A stretch of DNA of 64,000 bases from Octopus vulgaris (Eukaryota): assembly GCA_951406725.2 (NCBI GenBank), contig OX597815.1, positions 9,176,001 through 9,240,000 of the forward strand. The letters run 5' to 3'. Positions 1 to 14,635 of the stretch are shown in pieces; position 1 is the stretch's first letter, and every line of letters begins with the position of its first letter. The translations under genes were made by a program, and so were the position numbers. The notes below the pieces were generated by a model that was not told the origin of the DNA, did not search any database, and worked only from the letters and a program-made list of their open reading frames with translations.

Positions 1-381
1 GGCCATGCTGGAGCACCGCCTTTTAGTCGAGCAAATCGACCCCGGGACTTATTCTTTTGTAAGCCTAGTACTCATTCTATCGGTCTCTTTTGCCGAACCG
101 CTAAGTTACGGGGACGTAGACACACCAGCATCGGTTGTCAAGCAATGCTATGGGGGACAAACACAGACACACAAACACACACACACACACATACATACAT
201 ATATATATACATATATACGACAGGCTTCTTTCAGTTTCCGTCTACCAAATCCACTCACAAGGCACTGGTCGGCCCGGGGCTATAGTAGAAGACACTTGCC
301 CAATATGCCACGCAGTGGGACTGAACCTGGAACCGTGTGGTTGGTAAGCAAGCTACTTACCACACAGACACTCCTGCGCCT
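1..381 (-). mobile_element. tRNA-derived SINE, family A
   Basis: head with A box TGGCTGTGTGG-like and B box GGTTCAGTCCC, internal (CA)/(TA) tract; related copies near 15313-15770, 22175-22815, 43180-43572, 44385-44755, 45565-45965, 48168-48770 and partial ones at 7030, 30550, 30950, 33940, 50728. Confidence 0.85.
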
Positions 382-884
382 ATTAGATCATCATTTCAAA
401 TATGGTGATTATTTCGCGTGGAATTTCGAGAACTTAAGGTATCCACCGTTTCTTTTTTTTTTTTTTATCATAGAAAGAAAACTAACCGTTTTGATGAATG
501 ATTGACAAAAGTTGAAAGGAATTATGTGATTTACAAGAAGAGTCGCTAAATATATTCGTCCTAATATGTTCAGCTATTGAGTACTGTTCACGAGAAACAA
601 CAAATTAGAAGGATTTCAGAAAATCTGAAGACTGAAGATTTCTATTCAAATCTAAGTGACAATCTGGATAAGCTAAGGTTTTCAGAAAAAAAAAAAAAAA
701 ATCAACCGATTAACTCGCACATTACAGATACACTCTGTAAGCGGAACAATAAAAATATGCAAGACTTTTCTCAATTTTTATCAATGTGACATAATTTTTG
801 TTATCTACATTTCAAAGATGGAGCTTTGTATCTTTGCCAGAAACAACTCCTTCCTCAGAAGAAGAATTTAAATAATCAAAAACA

Positions 885-1377
885 TCCACCCACCTATCCA
901 TCCATCCATCCATCCATCCATCCATCCATCCATCCATCCGTCCGTCCATCCATCCATCCATGCATCCATCCATCCATCCATCCATCCATCCACTCATCCA
1001 TCCATCCATCCATCCATCTATCCATCCATCCACCCCTCCATCCGTCCACCCATCCATCCATCCATCCACCCATCCATGCATCCACCCACCCACCCATCCA
1101 TCCATCCATCCATGCATCCACCCACCCATCCGTCCATCCATCCGTCCACCCACCCATCCATCCATCCATCCATCCATCCATCCATCCATCCATCTATCCA
1201 TCCATCCACCCCTCCATCCGTCCACCCATCCATCCATCCATCCATCCGTCCGTCCATCCATCCATCCATGCATCCATCCATCCATCCATCCATCCGTCCA
1301 CCCATCCATCCATGCATCCATGCATCCATCCATCCATCCATCCATCCATCCGTCCGTCCATCCATCCATCCATCCAT

Positions 1378-1408
<31 letters not shown>

Positions 1409-1461
1409 CCCATCCATCCATGCATCCATGCATCCGTCCACCCATTCATCCATCCATCCAT

Positions 1462-1492
<31 letters not shown>

Positions 1493-1540
1493 GCCACCCA
1501 TCCATCCACCCATCCATCCACCCATCCATCCATCCATCCA
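885..1540. repeat. (CCAT)n microsatellite with recurrent variant units
   Basis: read directly; source of the MDGW/HPSI ORFs. Confidence 0.98.
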
Positions 1541-1759
1541 TTAAGCAAATCGTAAAAAAAAATAATGCGATGTAGAAGTGTTGAAGATTACTACATCAGG
1601 ATGAGATGAAGAGGAGCTGTATAAACGATTGTGAATATTAATGTCACCAAGAAAATAATTTCAAAAAAAGTTGGAATATAATCGAAATCATCGAAGCAAG
1701 AAGAGGTAGAGTAAATGTGGTGGTCGGAGGAATTCGGAGATCAGTGGATGAGGCAATTT

Positions 1760-1897
1760 TTCTCCTACCCTGATGTAATCTCCAGGGATACAGGCATCCA
1801 GCAACAGGACCTCCGTAATGCTATGATGGACCGTGAAGTCTGGCGTAGCATAGTAAATTCCATTGTCTCGACCACGGTCGAACAATGATGATGATGA
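1760..1897 (+). mobile_element. RTE-clade LINE 3' end with (TGA)n tail
   Basis: nearly identical to 36855-36993 (SYPDVISRDT...DREVWRS). Confidence 0.8.
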
Positions 1898-2402
1898 AGA
1901 GAGATTTTGAACTAGAGCAACCAGAGTTCTGTGCCAAGAGAGGTGAGCGGCGGGAACAGCAACATCTATACATACACAGATACTTTCGGAGTTTAGTTTG
2001 AGTCAAGTGTACAGCGAGGACAATAGAGATAGTTTGCAGATAAAAGCTGAAAGAAGGTTTGTTTCTCGGATAATAAAATATGTTGTTTGTATTAGTAATA
2101 AAGTCGTGTGTGTGGTCTCGGTTGGACCGGAGTCCACAGACGTTAGAGAAGAGGAGAGATACATTGCCAGGTGGTTTAGTTTTATCGTTGGGTATCTTGG
2201 CAAGAGCGGAAGGTGTTTATGCGATGCGAAGTGATTGTAAATTCTTACCGAATGCTTTACAACAGAACCGACCCTGATAAAAGTACGTCCGAGAAAGTAC
2301 TTTTAAGTAGAGAGTAATGCTGCCGGTGGTGGGGTGCTATAGTCTTCCCCAAGTTACCAACATATGAAAGTAGCGATAGAACTCATAGTTAAAAATGCTT
2401 AC

Positions 2403-2528
2403 CTTACTGAAGTCAAAATTCATTTGATTCACTGAGCTCAGATTAAACGGTACTTCCTTGTTCAGGGGAGCTGCGGTCACCAAACTGGACACAACAGTCA
2501 CAAACAACAGCACGATTCCAAACGACAT
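2403..2528 (-). CDS. first coding exon of a secreted protein, possibly a lipocalin (MSFGIVLLFVTVVSSLVTAAPLNKEVPFNLSSVNQMNFDFSK)
   Basis: aaacATG context with an in-frame upstream TGA; hydrophobic signal peptide; phase-0 donor AAG|gtaagc; downstream exons not found in the window. Confidence 0.65.
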
Positions 2529-2598
2529 GTTTCAATTTATGAAGCTCTTGTAGTTCTTGAGATAATAACGATTCCAGTACCTAGAAGTTTAGGTTTGG

Positions 2599-2604
2599 TT
2601 TATA
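2599..2604 (-). promoter_or_regulatory. TATA box (TATAAA) of the secreted-protein gene
   Basis: TATAAA on the minus strand about 70 nt upstream of the ATG at 2528. Confidence 0.5.
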
Positions 2605-3250
2605 GATTGTTGACCACTAAAGGATCATAACTAAACAGGTAGAACACCAACAATTAACTGCTGCAGTAACAATTATAGCATCAACGAAGATATATAATTT
2701 ATGTAGTTTGGTTTATGACCTTCTTGTATACGAAAGAATTGGTAAAAATGTTCCAGTTACTGGTGTTGATAATAAGTATCACTTGATATTGGTAAATTAA
2801 TTCTTGGTTGTTTCAAATCAAAGTCGAGCAAAATTCGACAGAAAACTATATTTAGTTGGAAATATTCAGCATAATAAAAAATTGATTCCAAGACTTGAGT
2901 GAGAGAGTTCCTGTTTAAATCGATACCAAAATAGGAATGGAATCTGTCTGTAATTCTGTTAAATGATTTAAAGAAATTATTTACGTACTAAGAGTTTTTT
3001 TTTTCAGCTAGAGAAACCTCAAATAACAAAAGTATTTATAGAATTTCAGAAAACATTGAACTGTGGGTAATTCCACTCGTATTCTGGTTAAACACACACG
3101 AAACACACATTCATACATGGTCAAACACACACATATACACATTAGGTGTACATGTGTGAGTGTATCTGTGTGTATGTACAGGATTATGCATGCATGCGTG
3201 TGTGTGTCTGCGTACGAAAGTGAGAGAGAGAGAGAAAGCGAGATGGAGAA

Positions 3251-3288
<38 letters not shown>

Positions 3289-3502
3289 TGAGAAATGGGG
3301 ATTTTTGGGATATTTGAGTGACGGTTGATGTTTGTTTTAATGTGCGTATTTATTTATATAATACATTCGTGTTTGTACACAAGCACACGCGCATACACAC
3401 ACACACACACACACCGCTTCTATATGCAAATATATAAATAAAATGAATATAAGCATACATATATATATACACACACAGATATATGCCAAGAATGCCAAGA
3501 AG

Positions 3503-3563
<61 letters not shown>

Positions 3564-3740
3564 GTATATGTATATATGCATATATATTTGGCAAAAAAAA
3601 TGACGATTCCGAAATACATCAATATATATATATATACATATACATGTATACATTTATATTTATTTTATTTATACATTTACATTATATGTGTGCGCATGTG
3701 TGCGCACATAGATACCTACATACATACACATACATATTTG

Positions 3741-3789
<49 letters not shown>

Positions 3790-3817
3790 CATGTATGTGT
3801 ATATATATATGTATATA

Positions 3818-3886
<69 letters not shown>

Positions 3887-3888
<2 letters not shown>

Positions 3889-3990
3889 CTTCGTCGCAGT
3901 CAGGTTGAAACACGCATTTGTAACATCGACTGATGGTGTGTACCTTCACACCAAATCAGACGGTAAACTCTATAGTGCATTGGTTTCCAG
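3887..3990 (+). mobile_element. probable RTE reverse transcriptase fragment
   Basis: LKHAF...[13 protein letters not shown] resembles the RTE RT segment GVYxxxRxDGKLF. Confidence 0.45.
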
Positions 3991-4611
3991 GCTGTACGCT
4001 GCGTGCACTGGTTCACTGCAAGATGTAATTAGGTGTGTCTCGAAAAAGTAAGATTATATTTCAAAATATGAAGAATACAAACCGAAATACACTAGAAAGT
4101 TCATAGATATATGTTAAATTGGTAAAAAGCTTGATACAAAGTTCTAAACTATGAACGAGAAGTGGTTGTGTCATTCAATTTTGAATCTGAAATTTCATAA
4201 GGATAAGAACTAAATTAGCATCAATCTATCCTCGAAACTGACGTCTTATGGACATAAAGAGTGCACGACCATGTTTCAGTTTGTTTTTCTGTCGTCGCCC
4301 CAGCAGTTTTCATTTCAATAATAAGAGTGAAAAATAAACTATTGAACCAAAATATACGATCTTGAACAAAAGCTTTCAATACATCCTCACGTATTACGGC
4401 TTTACTTCAATTTTTTTCATTCATATAGTGGCGAGAATTTTCAGCTTTTCAATTAATTTTGAAAGACTTCTCAAAAGAGTCCGATAATATGTGACACGCT
4501 GTTACTCTTCACAGCTCACTGGTCACTTGTCTCAGTCTCAGTTTGATTCTGTTAGTAATCAGGCGCTCTTTGTGCGAGGTAATTCATATTAACAGACTAA
4601 ATTACCCATAA

Positions 4612-6456
4612 AATGGAAAAAGTATATTAAGAGGAAACATAACCGTGACGATTATGAATCTGAAAGTGAATGGCCGTCAAAAGCAACCAAGCGTGGTGAT
4701 AATAACGCGAAAGCTCGACCAAATCGTAAATATTCTTTTCTACTCTAGGCACAAGGCCCGAAACTTTTTTGCTGTTTGTTCCTTCTTGAGCCATGCCTGA
4801 CTCATAAAGGCCGGTTTCCCGGTTTCATTGGCATATCAGTTCCCCACCTGGACGGGTCGCAGGTGAGCTGCAAGATGCAGGAGGAAAGAGAGAGAAAATT
4901 GTGGCTAAAGAGTCAGCAGAAGTTCGCCATTACCTTCTGCCGGAGCCGCGTGGATCTTAGGTGTTTCGCTCATAAACACACACATCGTCCGGTCTGAGAT
5001 TCGAACCCGTGATCCCTCGACCGCGAGTCCGCTACTCTAACCACTCGGCCATGAGCCTCCACCCGAAACTTTTGGGGAGGGGCCAGTCGATTAGCTCGAC
5101 CACTGTACGCAACTGGTACTTAATTAATCGACCCCGAAAGGATGAAAGGCAAAGTCGACCTCGGCGGCATTTACGACCCAGTTGTAAATATTGCAATATC
5201 TATTTAAAATTTGGGTTTCATTGGACTGGCATACCTCTTCTACTGTATGTTGTTTGTGGTGAAAAGATGTCTAACGAAGGCATGTTACTCACCAAGTTGA
5301 AAAGACATTTTACAACTAAGCATTCACATCTTCAATGTAAAGATCTGAATTATTTCCAAAGACTGCTAGAACTGCAATCTAAACAAAGAAACTGTTTTGA
5401 AAAAAGGATGAATGCTTCTGAAATGGCTCAAGTCACATCTGTTGAGATAGCCGAAATGATTGCACTACAAACAAAATCACATACTTTAGCCGAGTCGATT
5501 ATCTCACCCGCTTGTAGAAAGATGGTTAAAACCATTATAGGTGATGAAGCCGAGCAAGAAATAAGTAAGATTCCGCTCTCAAATAATACGATCCTGAGGA
5601 GAATTATGGATTTCTCTGCTGATATAGAGGAAAATGTACAGATCAAAGTTCAGAACTCAGAATTTGCTCTACAGGTTGACGAATCAACTGACATTAGCAA
5701 CAAAACACAATTGCTTACATTTATTCGTTTTATTGATGGTAACCAAACCATAAATCAGTTCTTTTGTTGCGAAGAAATGCCACTCACTACAAGAGGTCAA
5801 GATATTTTTGACATTTTATCTGCCTACCTCGAAAAATGGAATTTATCCTGGAATTCATGTGTTGGAATATGTACAAATGGGGCAGCATCTATGATAGGCT
5901 CTATTAAAGGTTTTGTATCTCTTGTACAACAGCAAAATCCTAATGTTATACGTATTCATTGCTTCCAACATAGGGAGGAACTAGTTTCAAAAACAATACC
6001 AGTTGCGTTAAAACAAGTATTAAACCAAGTTGTTGAAATGGTTAATTATATTAAAAGTAGGCCGTTGAAGTATCGCTTATTTGAACAAATTTATGTTGAT
6101 ATGGATTCCCAGAACAAGCGCTTACTTTTACACACAAAAGTCAGATAACTCTCAAAAGATAAGGTGCTATGTCGCATATATGAACTCTATATAAGGAATT
6201 GCATGCATTTTTTAAAGAAGAAAAACATGAACGCTTCTTGGAATATCTACAATGTGCATTTTGGGTTTCCAAGATGGAATATTTAACAGAGATATTTGCA
6301 CAACTTAATAGCGTCAAGGCAAGTATGCAAGATTAGAGATGAAAACAGTCTCACTTCGACATATAAGCTGGTTTCGTCAAAAAACGTTGTAATTTGGAAA
6401 AATAGAGCTGAAGGTGGTAATTTCGGAATGTTTCCCTTAATACGTAAAAGCTGCAT
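4612..6456 (+). pseudogene. decayed hAT (Charlie/Buster, ZBED8/SCAND3-like) transposase
   Basis: KY..YLKFGF, KLKRHF, PLSNNTILRRI, FALQVDESTD, CTNGAASM (catalytic D to N), HCFQHRE, LLLHTKVR* (W to stop); interrupted by nested SINEs at 4735-5183. Confidence 0.9.
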
Positions 6457-7041
<585 letters not shown>

Positions 7042-7282
7042 GTATATATTTTTGTGCGTTTTTGTGTCTGTGTTTGTGCTCCCACCATCGCTTGACAATT
7101 GATTTTGGTGTGCTTTGTGTCCCTGTAACCTAGCGTTTCAGCAAAACAGGCTGATAGAATAAGTACTAGGCTTCAAAAGAATAAGTCCCGGGGGGTCGAT
7201 TTGTTTGATGAAAACTTTTTAAGGCAGTGCTTCAGCATGGCCGCAGTCAAATGACTGAAACAAGTAAACGGAAGTAAAAGAA

Positions 7283-7370
<88 letters not shown>

Positions 7371-7372
<2 letters not shown>

Positions 7373-7842
7373 AGTGAATGTTTAAAAAAAAGATGGGTGA
7401 ATGTAGCAAGGATGGCACGTATGAATGACGAAGCCACCTTGACTATGATTCTATGAACCGTAAAAATTAATACAGAGAGTTGCTTATTTGCAAAAAAAAG
7501 AAAAAAAAAGAAATATAACATGTGACTTCATTGACCGAGGTTACCGTGGTCTTTTCCGTAGGCTTTTCTTTCCACGGGTAAACCTCACCTGTCCTCCCCT
7601 TTACACTTCATATTGACATTTCTGTGATAACGATCCCTATTGATCAACTTTTTTTTCCTCTCCCCTTTTCTTTCTCCCCCCCCCCTTTTTTAAAAAAATC
7701 CTCCCCTTTTTTGTCCTCTTTCTTTCCTTTTACGATCCCTTTTGATCGAAAACCAACCCCCTCTTTTTTACCCCCAAAAGAAAAGCTCTACCTTGTAATT
7801 TGTTCTGTCTGTGTGCAGCCCTGTGTGGCTAATAAAGAAACA
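7371..7842 (+). mobile_element. Tx1/L1-like LINE 3' end embedded in (CTAT)n
   Basis: homologous to 60250-60680; ends AATAAAGAAACAT; (CTAT)n on both sides. Confidence 0.8.
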
Positions 7843-7868
7843 TATCTATCTATCTATCTACCTGTCTG

Positions 7869-7947
<79 letters not shown>

Positions 7948-8324
7948 GTCTATCTGTCTGTTTGTGTCTGTCTGACTGTCTCGTGCAATGTATATACTGT
8001 AAACAAATATATTTATTCTTTTGTTTTCTACCACAATTTCTTTTTTTTTCTTTTTTCAATACTTGAAGCCAACCGTTTCTTCTCTTGAGAGTTTGGTGAA
8101 ATTTTAAATGAGACAGAATGTTGTAGACTAACTTGACATAACCTACATTCACTGTGAAATTGAGCTGGCCGTGTTTTTAGAATGTTGGATTTGATTTCTT
8201 GTGGTATTTGTTCCAGGTCTCTGCCCTCTGAGTTGAAACCCTATCTAACTTGAACTTTGCCTTTCATGTTTTCAGAGCCACTGAATAAAGTACTAATGCA
8301 GTATTAAGGTTGATTCTTCTTATG

Positions 8325-8710
8325 TGGAGGCGCAATGGCCCAGTGGTTAGGGCAGCGGACTCGCGGTCGTAGGATCGCGGTTTCGATTCCCAGACCGGGC
8401 GTTGTGAGTGTTTATTGAGCGAAAACACCTAAAAGCTCCACGAGGCTCCGGCAGGGGATGGTGGTGATCCCTGCTGTACTCTTTCACCACAACTTTCTCT
8501 CACTCTTACTTCCTGTTTCTGTTGTACCTGTATTTCAAAGGGCCTGCCTTGTCACTCTCTGTGTCACGCCGAATATCCCCGAGAACTACGTTAAGGGTGC
8601 ACGTGTCTGTGGAGTGCTCAGCCACTTGCACGTTAATTTCACGAGCAGGCTGTTCCGTTGATCGGATCAACCGGAACCCTCATCGTCGTAACCGACGGAG
8701 TGCTTCCACA
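8325..8710 (+). mobile_element. tRNA-derived SINE, family B
   Basis: TGGCCCAGTGG A box and GGTTTCGATTCCC B box plus a ~300-nt body; near-identical copy at 63144-63530; head variants at 4771-5061 (-), 58380-58688 (-), 48384-48533 (+). Confidence 0.88.
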
Positions 8711-9384
8711 CACATAGTTAAGTCTTATTCCCCTCCTTGGTTCTTTGCCTTGTTATGCCTCTGCTATTACTCATAAGAACCACTTTCTCCATCTTTATTG
8801 TCGAAACAGCTGTTCGGAAAATAATGTCCTTCCTCAATGGTTACAATAAAAAAAAATTACTGATCGCTGTAAGAAGGTCCTTGCAGACACTAAAACTCAG
8901 CCTATGAAGGGGATCAAGTTGTAATTTGCTTCTCTGGAGCTGGATTCTCGTCACTTCTTGCGTATTGAATAATGGTAAATATTGACTTCTAATAATAAAG
9001 CAGGATTTCTCCTTCAGTTCTTTTCTAATTATTCTAGTCTCATTGTAATATCCTTTTATTTGACAGGCGTAAAACTACTAATTCTGTGACGATGGTGATT
9101 TCTGGTAATTTTATGGCTTCCGGGCTTGATAATATTTCTTTTAGAGTTTTGTAAAAGTGCTCTTCTGAACTGTCTTTTGTTCTGTCTACACCCTTCAACA
9201 AATGCTGAGCTACGCCTTCTTTGAAGTCTATTGGAAATCGACCTTTAGTATTCCTGTTTCCAAACAACACAAGCTAACGTTCTGATTATCGTGCCTACCA
9301 CATAACTAGTCTTTCTCCTGTATGTTAGCAAGGTCTTTCAGTGTTTGATCCATCAGGCTCTTGCCTTGTACTCTGAATAACTCA

Positions 9385-9630
9385 GTCTGCTATTGAGAAA
9401 CAGCAACGTTTTCATATCTCACCTTCAATTGCTGATTTTCCGATTGCGATAAGCAAACAGTTCTGCTTTGATTTACATAATTCTGGAGAAGTGAATATTG
9501 TCGCCTTTGACATATCGAAAATATATAACAGAGTTTGGCATATTTGTATCCTCCACAAGCTTAAGTCATGTGGAATTGTTAAATCTCTTGAAATTTTTTT
9601 TTGATGAATGTAGAATCAAAGTGACTTTAA
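9385..9630 (+). mobile_element. decayed CR1/L2/jockey-type RT fragment
   Basis: VAFDISKIYNRVWH..ILHKLKSCG matches the LDISKAFDRVWH motif. Confidence 0.6.
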
Positions 9631-10173
9631 ATGGCCCTTAATTGTTTACTTATACGGTATTCCCGAAACATACAACTTAACATATTTGAGTAAACATTGC
9701 GTTGTAACGATACATACACAACGAAATAAGTCAGGTAACGTTTCAAAACAGTTCCCGAAAAAGACAAACACAGCTCAATATGTACGTCTAAATACAATTG
9801 TAGAATTAAAAACAACCTAAAAAGAAAGATTACCCAAGCTGTGAACAACTTTAAATTTCATTTTGACAAATCTTTGTTGAATCTTTTAAAGAAGATCATT
9901 GCCTAATTTGAAAAACGAATACAAATATCTGTGAATTGACAAAATCATCATGGCTAAACGTATATCTCCTTCGACCCAATCGTGACTCCAATCATTGTAT
10001 ACAATGGACTTACGATCTCAAGAGCTTTTATGAAATACATATCCAATTTGACCCTAGAAGTTCGGTTTCATGCAAAGACTAAAACATCTGTGGAACTCAA
10101 GATTAGATTTTCCCACAAACATTTAAATGAACAAGCAAAACGTATCATCAGATGTAAATTGATACATCTAACG

Positions 10174-12230
10174 CAGGGATCTCCAACTCAAATGACTCGA
10201 GGGCCACACCTCATGCCGGTGGGAGTCTTAAAGGGTCACAAAATTGTTTCTGCGTGTGCCTGGAACTCTTTCAAAGAAAAGCTATATCTGATGCTGTTTC
10301 CCGTTATTTCCATAATAATAGATTATAAATCAAGACGCCAGAATTCGATTCTCAACCAAAGACAGGATATTTATTTCTCAACAACTGGTGACAATGATGG
10401 TTGACATATTTGTGGCATATATAATACATATATATATAGAAAGAATGTACTCTCTTTGAATCGTCTGTCAAATTCCCTCGGCAGTTTGTTGATAAATTCC
10501 ACACACTTCTGTAATACATCACAGTCCACTGAATTCAACGTTTTCAGCGATGGAAATAGTCAAAGCTTTTTTAGTAGTAATTGTTTCTCGCACATACTTT
10601 TGAAAGCAGTGATGTTGTTTTGAAAGCAGTGATGTTGTTACTCATTTGCATAATCATGTTTGACTCGCCTTGGAGTTTAAAATTCAGTGTATTCAGGAAA
10701 GCCAAACATGTACAAAAATCATCAGCCAATTCTGGAACATCTGTTTGTTTCGTAGCCATGAACAGACCTACTTCTTCGTCTAAGCGCAAAGAATCTCTCC
10801 AAAACATTACCACGAATTAGCCAGTGTGCCCCAGAGTGATAAAGCACTATGCATTTGCTCCAGGAAGGTCTTGAATTGGCGATGATTCAAACTGCGTGCT
10901 CTGATGGTATTTACGATTCTGACCACGACATCCATGATATTTCATAGCTTCACTGCATTCCCACCGAGGGGCTCTTGATGAATCAGGCAATGAATAGGAA
11001 CAATAGGTTAACAACCAAGTTCAGTTTGCTTTGCATTAACTAAACCAATCACGCTGCCACAGTTTTCAGAACACAACGCAGGTGCTCCATCAATTGCTAC
11101 GGACACAAGCTTCTTCCACTTCAAGCTAGCACCTTCAACGGAACTTTCCAACGCTTTAAAAACATCTCTTTCTGCTGTTGTGTCTTTCAGTGGGACTAAG
11201 TCAAAAGGTTCTTCGGTCTCTTTGAAGTCTTTGTCAATGCCACGAACGAAAATTGCACAAAATGCAGCGTCACACATACCAGTACTACCATCAAGTGCCA
11301 GGGAGTACGCATCAAAATTTTGAGATAATGAAATTAACTGCTTCTCCACACTGGGTAACATTTCTGTAATTCGTCGAGCTACCATGTTAGCAGAAAGACT
11401 AATTTCAGAAAAAAGATTTTTACTTTTGATCGTGTGCTGGAACGAAAATAATTGCAGCGTGGAAGTGTTTAAAGCCATTTAAGAAACACACAAAAACCGT
11501 TAGATTCACTTCAACATTTAAATTTAATTTGTCAAAATATTTTCGTCGCTTTGAGATCGCGACCTGTTCATTGACAAAACTTCGTGCTGCATCATAGGTC
11601 GCGGTCTCAAAGCGACGAAAATATTTTGGCAAATTAAATTTAAATACTGAAGTGAATCTAACTGTTTTTGTGTGTTTCTTAAATGGCTTATGAACACCTT
11701 CCACGCTGCAATTGTTTTTATTTTTTCTGGACAGACAATATGGGCAACGTTCAACCAACAGTCTTTCACGAATTGACCTTCAGTAAATGGGTGTGATGTC
11801 TTTGTAATAATTTGACTGACTACAAAGCTGGCTTTTACACCATCTTTTGACGATTTGTGCCCTTTGTTGAAAACATGTCTCTCTTATGATAGAGATGATT
11901 TCAGTTGACGAAGTTTATCACGTCTTAATTTGCCTTCGAACTTCTCAAAGTCTTTATGCTGTGAATTATATCGCCGCTTGATATTATACTCTTTGGGAAT
12001 GGCAATTATCTGCAGGCAAGTAAGACATGAATCTGGCATTTCCCACTTGCACGTGCTTCATTCTGGATCACAAAGTAGATATCTTCCCAACGTTCTTGGA
12101 ATGTCCTATTTTCATCCGATATTTTCGGTTTTTTTTCCTTCAGAAGCCATCTTGATGGAGAGTGATTTTACTCAACAAATTTTTGTTTTATTATCACACA
12201 TAAGTCGGTGGGCCTCCAATTCTAACTGAA
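10174..12230 (-). pseudogene. decayed hAT transposon (GTF2IRD2/EPM2AIP1/SPIN-like transposase)
   Basis: SLSANMVARRI, YSLALDGSTG, AIFVRG, SVAIDGAPAL, LNFKLQG; hAT-type end CAGGGATCTCCAACTC at 10174; many frameshifts. Confidence 0.85.
11428..11716 (-). mobile_element. fold-back element with hammerhead-like motif, copy 1
   Basis: ~120-bp inverted arms plus a one-sided tail; homologous to 19461-19800; inserted in the hAT ORF. Confidence 0.8.
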
Positions 12231-12351
12231 AAGAAATGAGAGAGGAATCCGGATTAGAAACTTGTTAAACAACAATTAGTATAAATTATATATATATATA
12301 TATACATACATGCATGTGTATATATATATATATAAATAAATAAATAAATAA

Positions 12352-12418
<67 letters not shown>

Positions 12419-12425
12419 TATATAT

Positions 12426-12500
<75 letters not shown>

Positions 12501-12509
12501 GGCCCGCAG

Positions 12510-13440
12510 CCAGAAGAAAAGATTCGGGAGTGGGGGGAACAACAAACATATTGCCTACAACACCTTTGTAGTGCCTGTCCTCACACCTACATTTGGCCTT
12601 CTGAACTGGTCAGTTCAAGAACTCAATGAGATAGATGTTCGAACTCGCAAGCTGCTCAGTGTTACAGGAAACTTGAGCATCAATGTAGATGTAGACAGGC
12701 TATAATTCTTACGTGGGGATGCTGGTGGTGGTCGTCTCAAAATCTGTATTGATGTCATATGAAGCACATATTGTGACACTGAAACAACATCTGCAGCAGA
12801 CAAAAGAGGTCAGTAAATATCTTGCTCAACGATCTGGAACAGAAGAACAAAATAGAAAACATCTGCAGACGAAGTTGATTATATTGAGATCGATAGGTCA
12901 AAGGAATATTGATGGAACTTAACAATGAAAACAACCAACATGTAGAAGACACAGCCGGCCAAATATTGTTGTGTGGGATCAGGAGAAGAAATGTTCTGTT
13001 GTGGAAATCAGCTGCCCTCTGGACACCAATGTGGTTCGAAAACTACAAAGAAAGAGGACGTCTAAGGACCATTGATAAGGAATTTGCAAAACCCGTAGTA
13101 AAGGTAGAGTTTCAGCTTCATACCTATAATTAGTGGACCAACAGGATACATACCAACCCATCTGGCTGATTCTGGGATCTTGGAGAGAGAATGGAAATCT
13201 TTAATTCATACTCTACAAATGATCGCGATATCAGGGACTGTAAAAGTCTGCAAGACCTACTTAAGATTTAAAGTATGATGGTTAGAATAATAAGCTTTCC
13301 TTCACAACCCTGCTCCCCCCTTAGGTGGTCTATCAAAATTTATTCTAAATCAAAAAGGGGTAAAAGAAGAATAGAATAATGCGTACATATTGCCTTAATA
13401 CTACGAGAGTGATTTTTTTCAAGAACATCAACATCACCCA
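12510..13440 (+). mobile_element. R4/Dong-like LINE fragment, internally deleted
   Basis: [42 protein letters not shown] thumb motif; C-terminal ISGTVKVCKTYL; second 3' end SSTVKVCKTF near 13860-13900. Confidence 0.7.
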
Positions 13441-14319
13441 CACACATACATACATACATACATACATACATACATACATACATACATACATACAAACATA
13501 CATACATACATACATACATACATGCATGCATACATACATACATACATACAAATATACATACATACATACATACATACATACATACATACATACATACATA
13601 CATACATGCATGCATACATTAGATAGCGGCATACATCGGCATACATACAAACATACATACATACAAACATACATACATACATACATACATGCACACAGTT
13701 TTTTAACATACATACATACGGGCATACATACATACATGCATAGAACATACATACATACAGACATACATACATACATACATACATACATACATACATACAT
13801 ACATGCATTTTTACATAGATACAGAACACGAGAAACTGACACAAGTTCTCCAAATCTAGTCTATCAGCAGCACAGTGAAGGTCTGTAAGACATTCCAAAG
13901 ATTCTGCATCTGAGATTCTTTAGATGAATAGATGCACACACGTTGGTATGTGCATCGACAGCTCAAACAACACACCAACTTAACCACATAGTTACAAGCA
14001 TCAGGAACTCTCTTAACTCAGACAATGTTTTGTTAGCAACCGGCTTGGACTCTCTTAAGAACTTAAATAAAACTCAAAGAAGAAACATTCATCCATCCAT
14101 CCATCCATCCACCATACATACATACATACATACATACATACATACATACATACATACATACATACGTACATACATACATACATACATACATACATAATAC
14201 ATACATACATAATATATACATACATACATGCATGCATTCATACATACATACATACACACACATACATACATACATACATACATACATACATACACACATA
14301 CACACATACACACATACAT

Positions 14320-14350
<31 letters not shown>

Positions 14351-14635
14351 TGCATGCATACATGCATACACACATACGAGAGTGATTTTTTCAAGAACAT
14401 CAACATCACCCACCCACATACATACATACATACATACATACATACATACATACATACATACATACATGCATGCATGCATGTACGCACGCACGCATACATA
14501 CATACATACATACATACATACACACTTACATACATACATACACTCACACATACACACACATATACATACATACATACATACATACATACATACATACATA
14601 CATACATACATACATACATACATACATACATACAA
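13441..14635. repeat. (CATA)n arrays interleaved with LINE 3'-end stubs
   Basis: read directly; 38-nt stub tacgagagtgattttttcaagaacatcaacatcaccca duplicated at ~13402 and ~14375. Confidence 0.95.

Noticed and set aside
812-1575. MDGW/HPSI repeat proteins (superficially reflectin-like Met/Asp-rich)
   Set aside because: Pure (CCAT)n translation, open in all frames; lacks the reflectin motif and its Tyr/Arg content
5009-6148. Domesticated or active 379-aa transposase gene
   Set aside because: N-terminus is SINE sequence, second catalytic D is N, conserved W is a stop, and frameshifts follow
8325-8400. tRNA gene (also at 63144 and 58688)
   Set aside because: A and B boxes are present, but the cloverleaf is imperfect and the head continues into a shared SINE body
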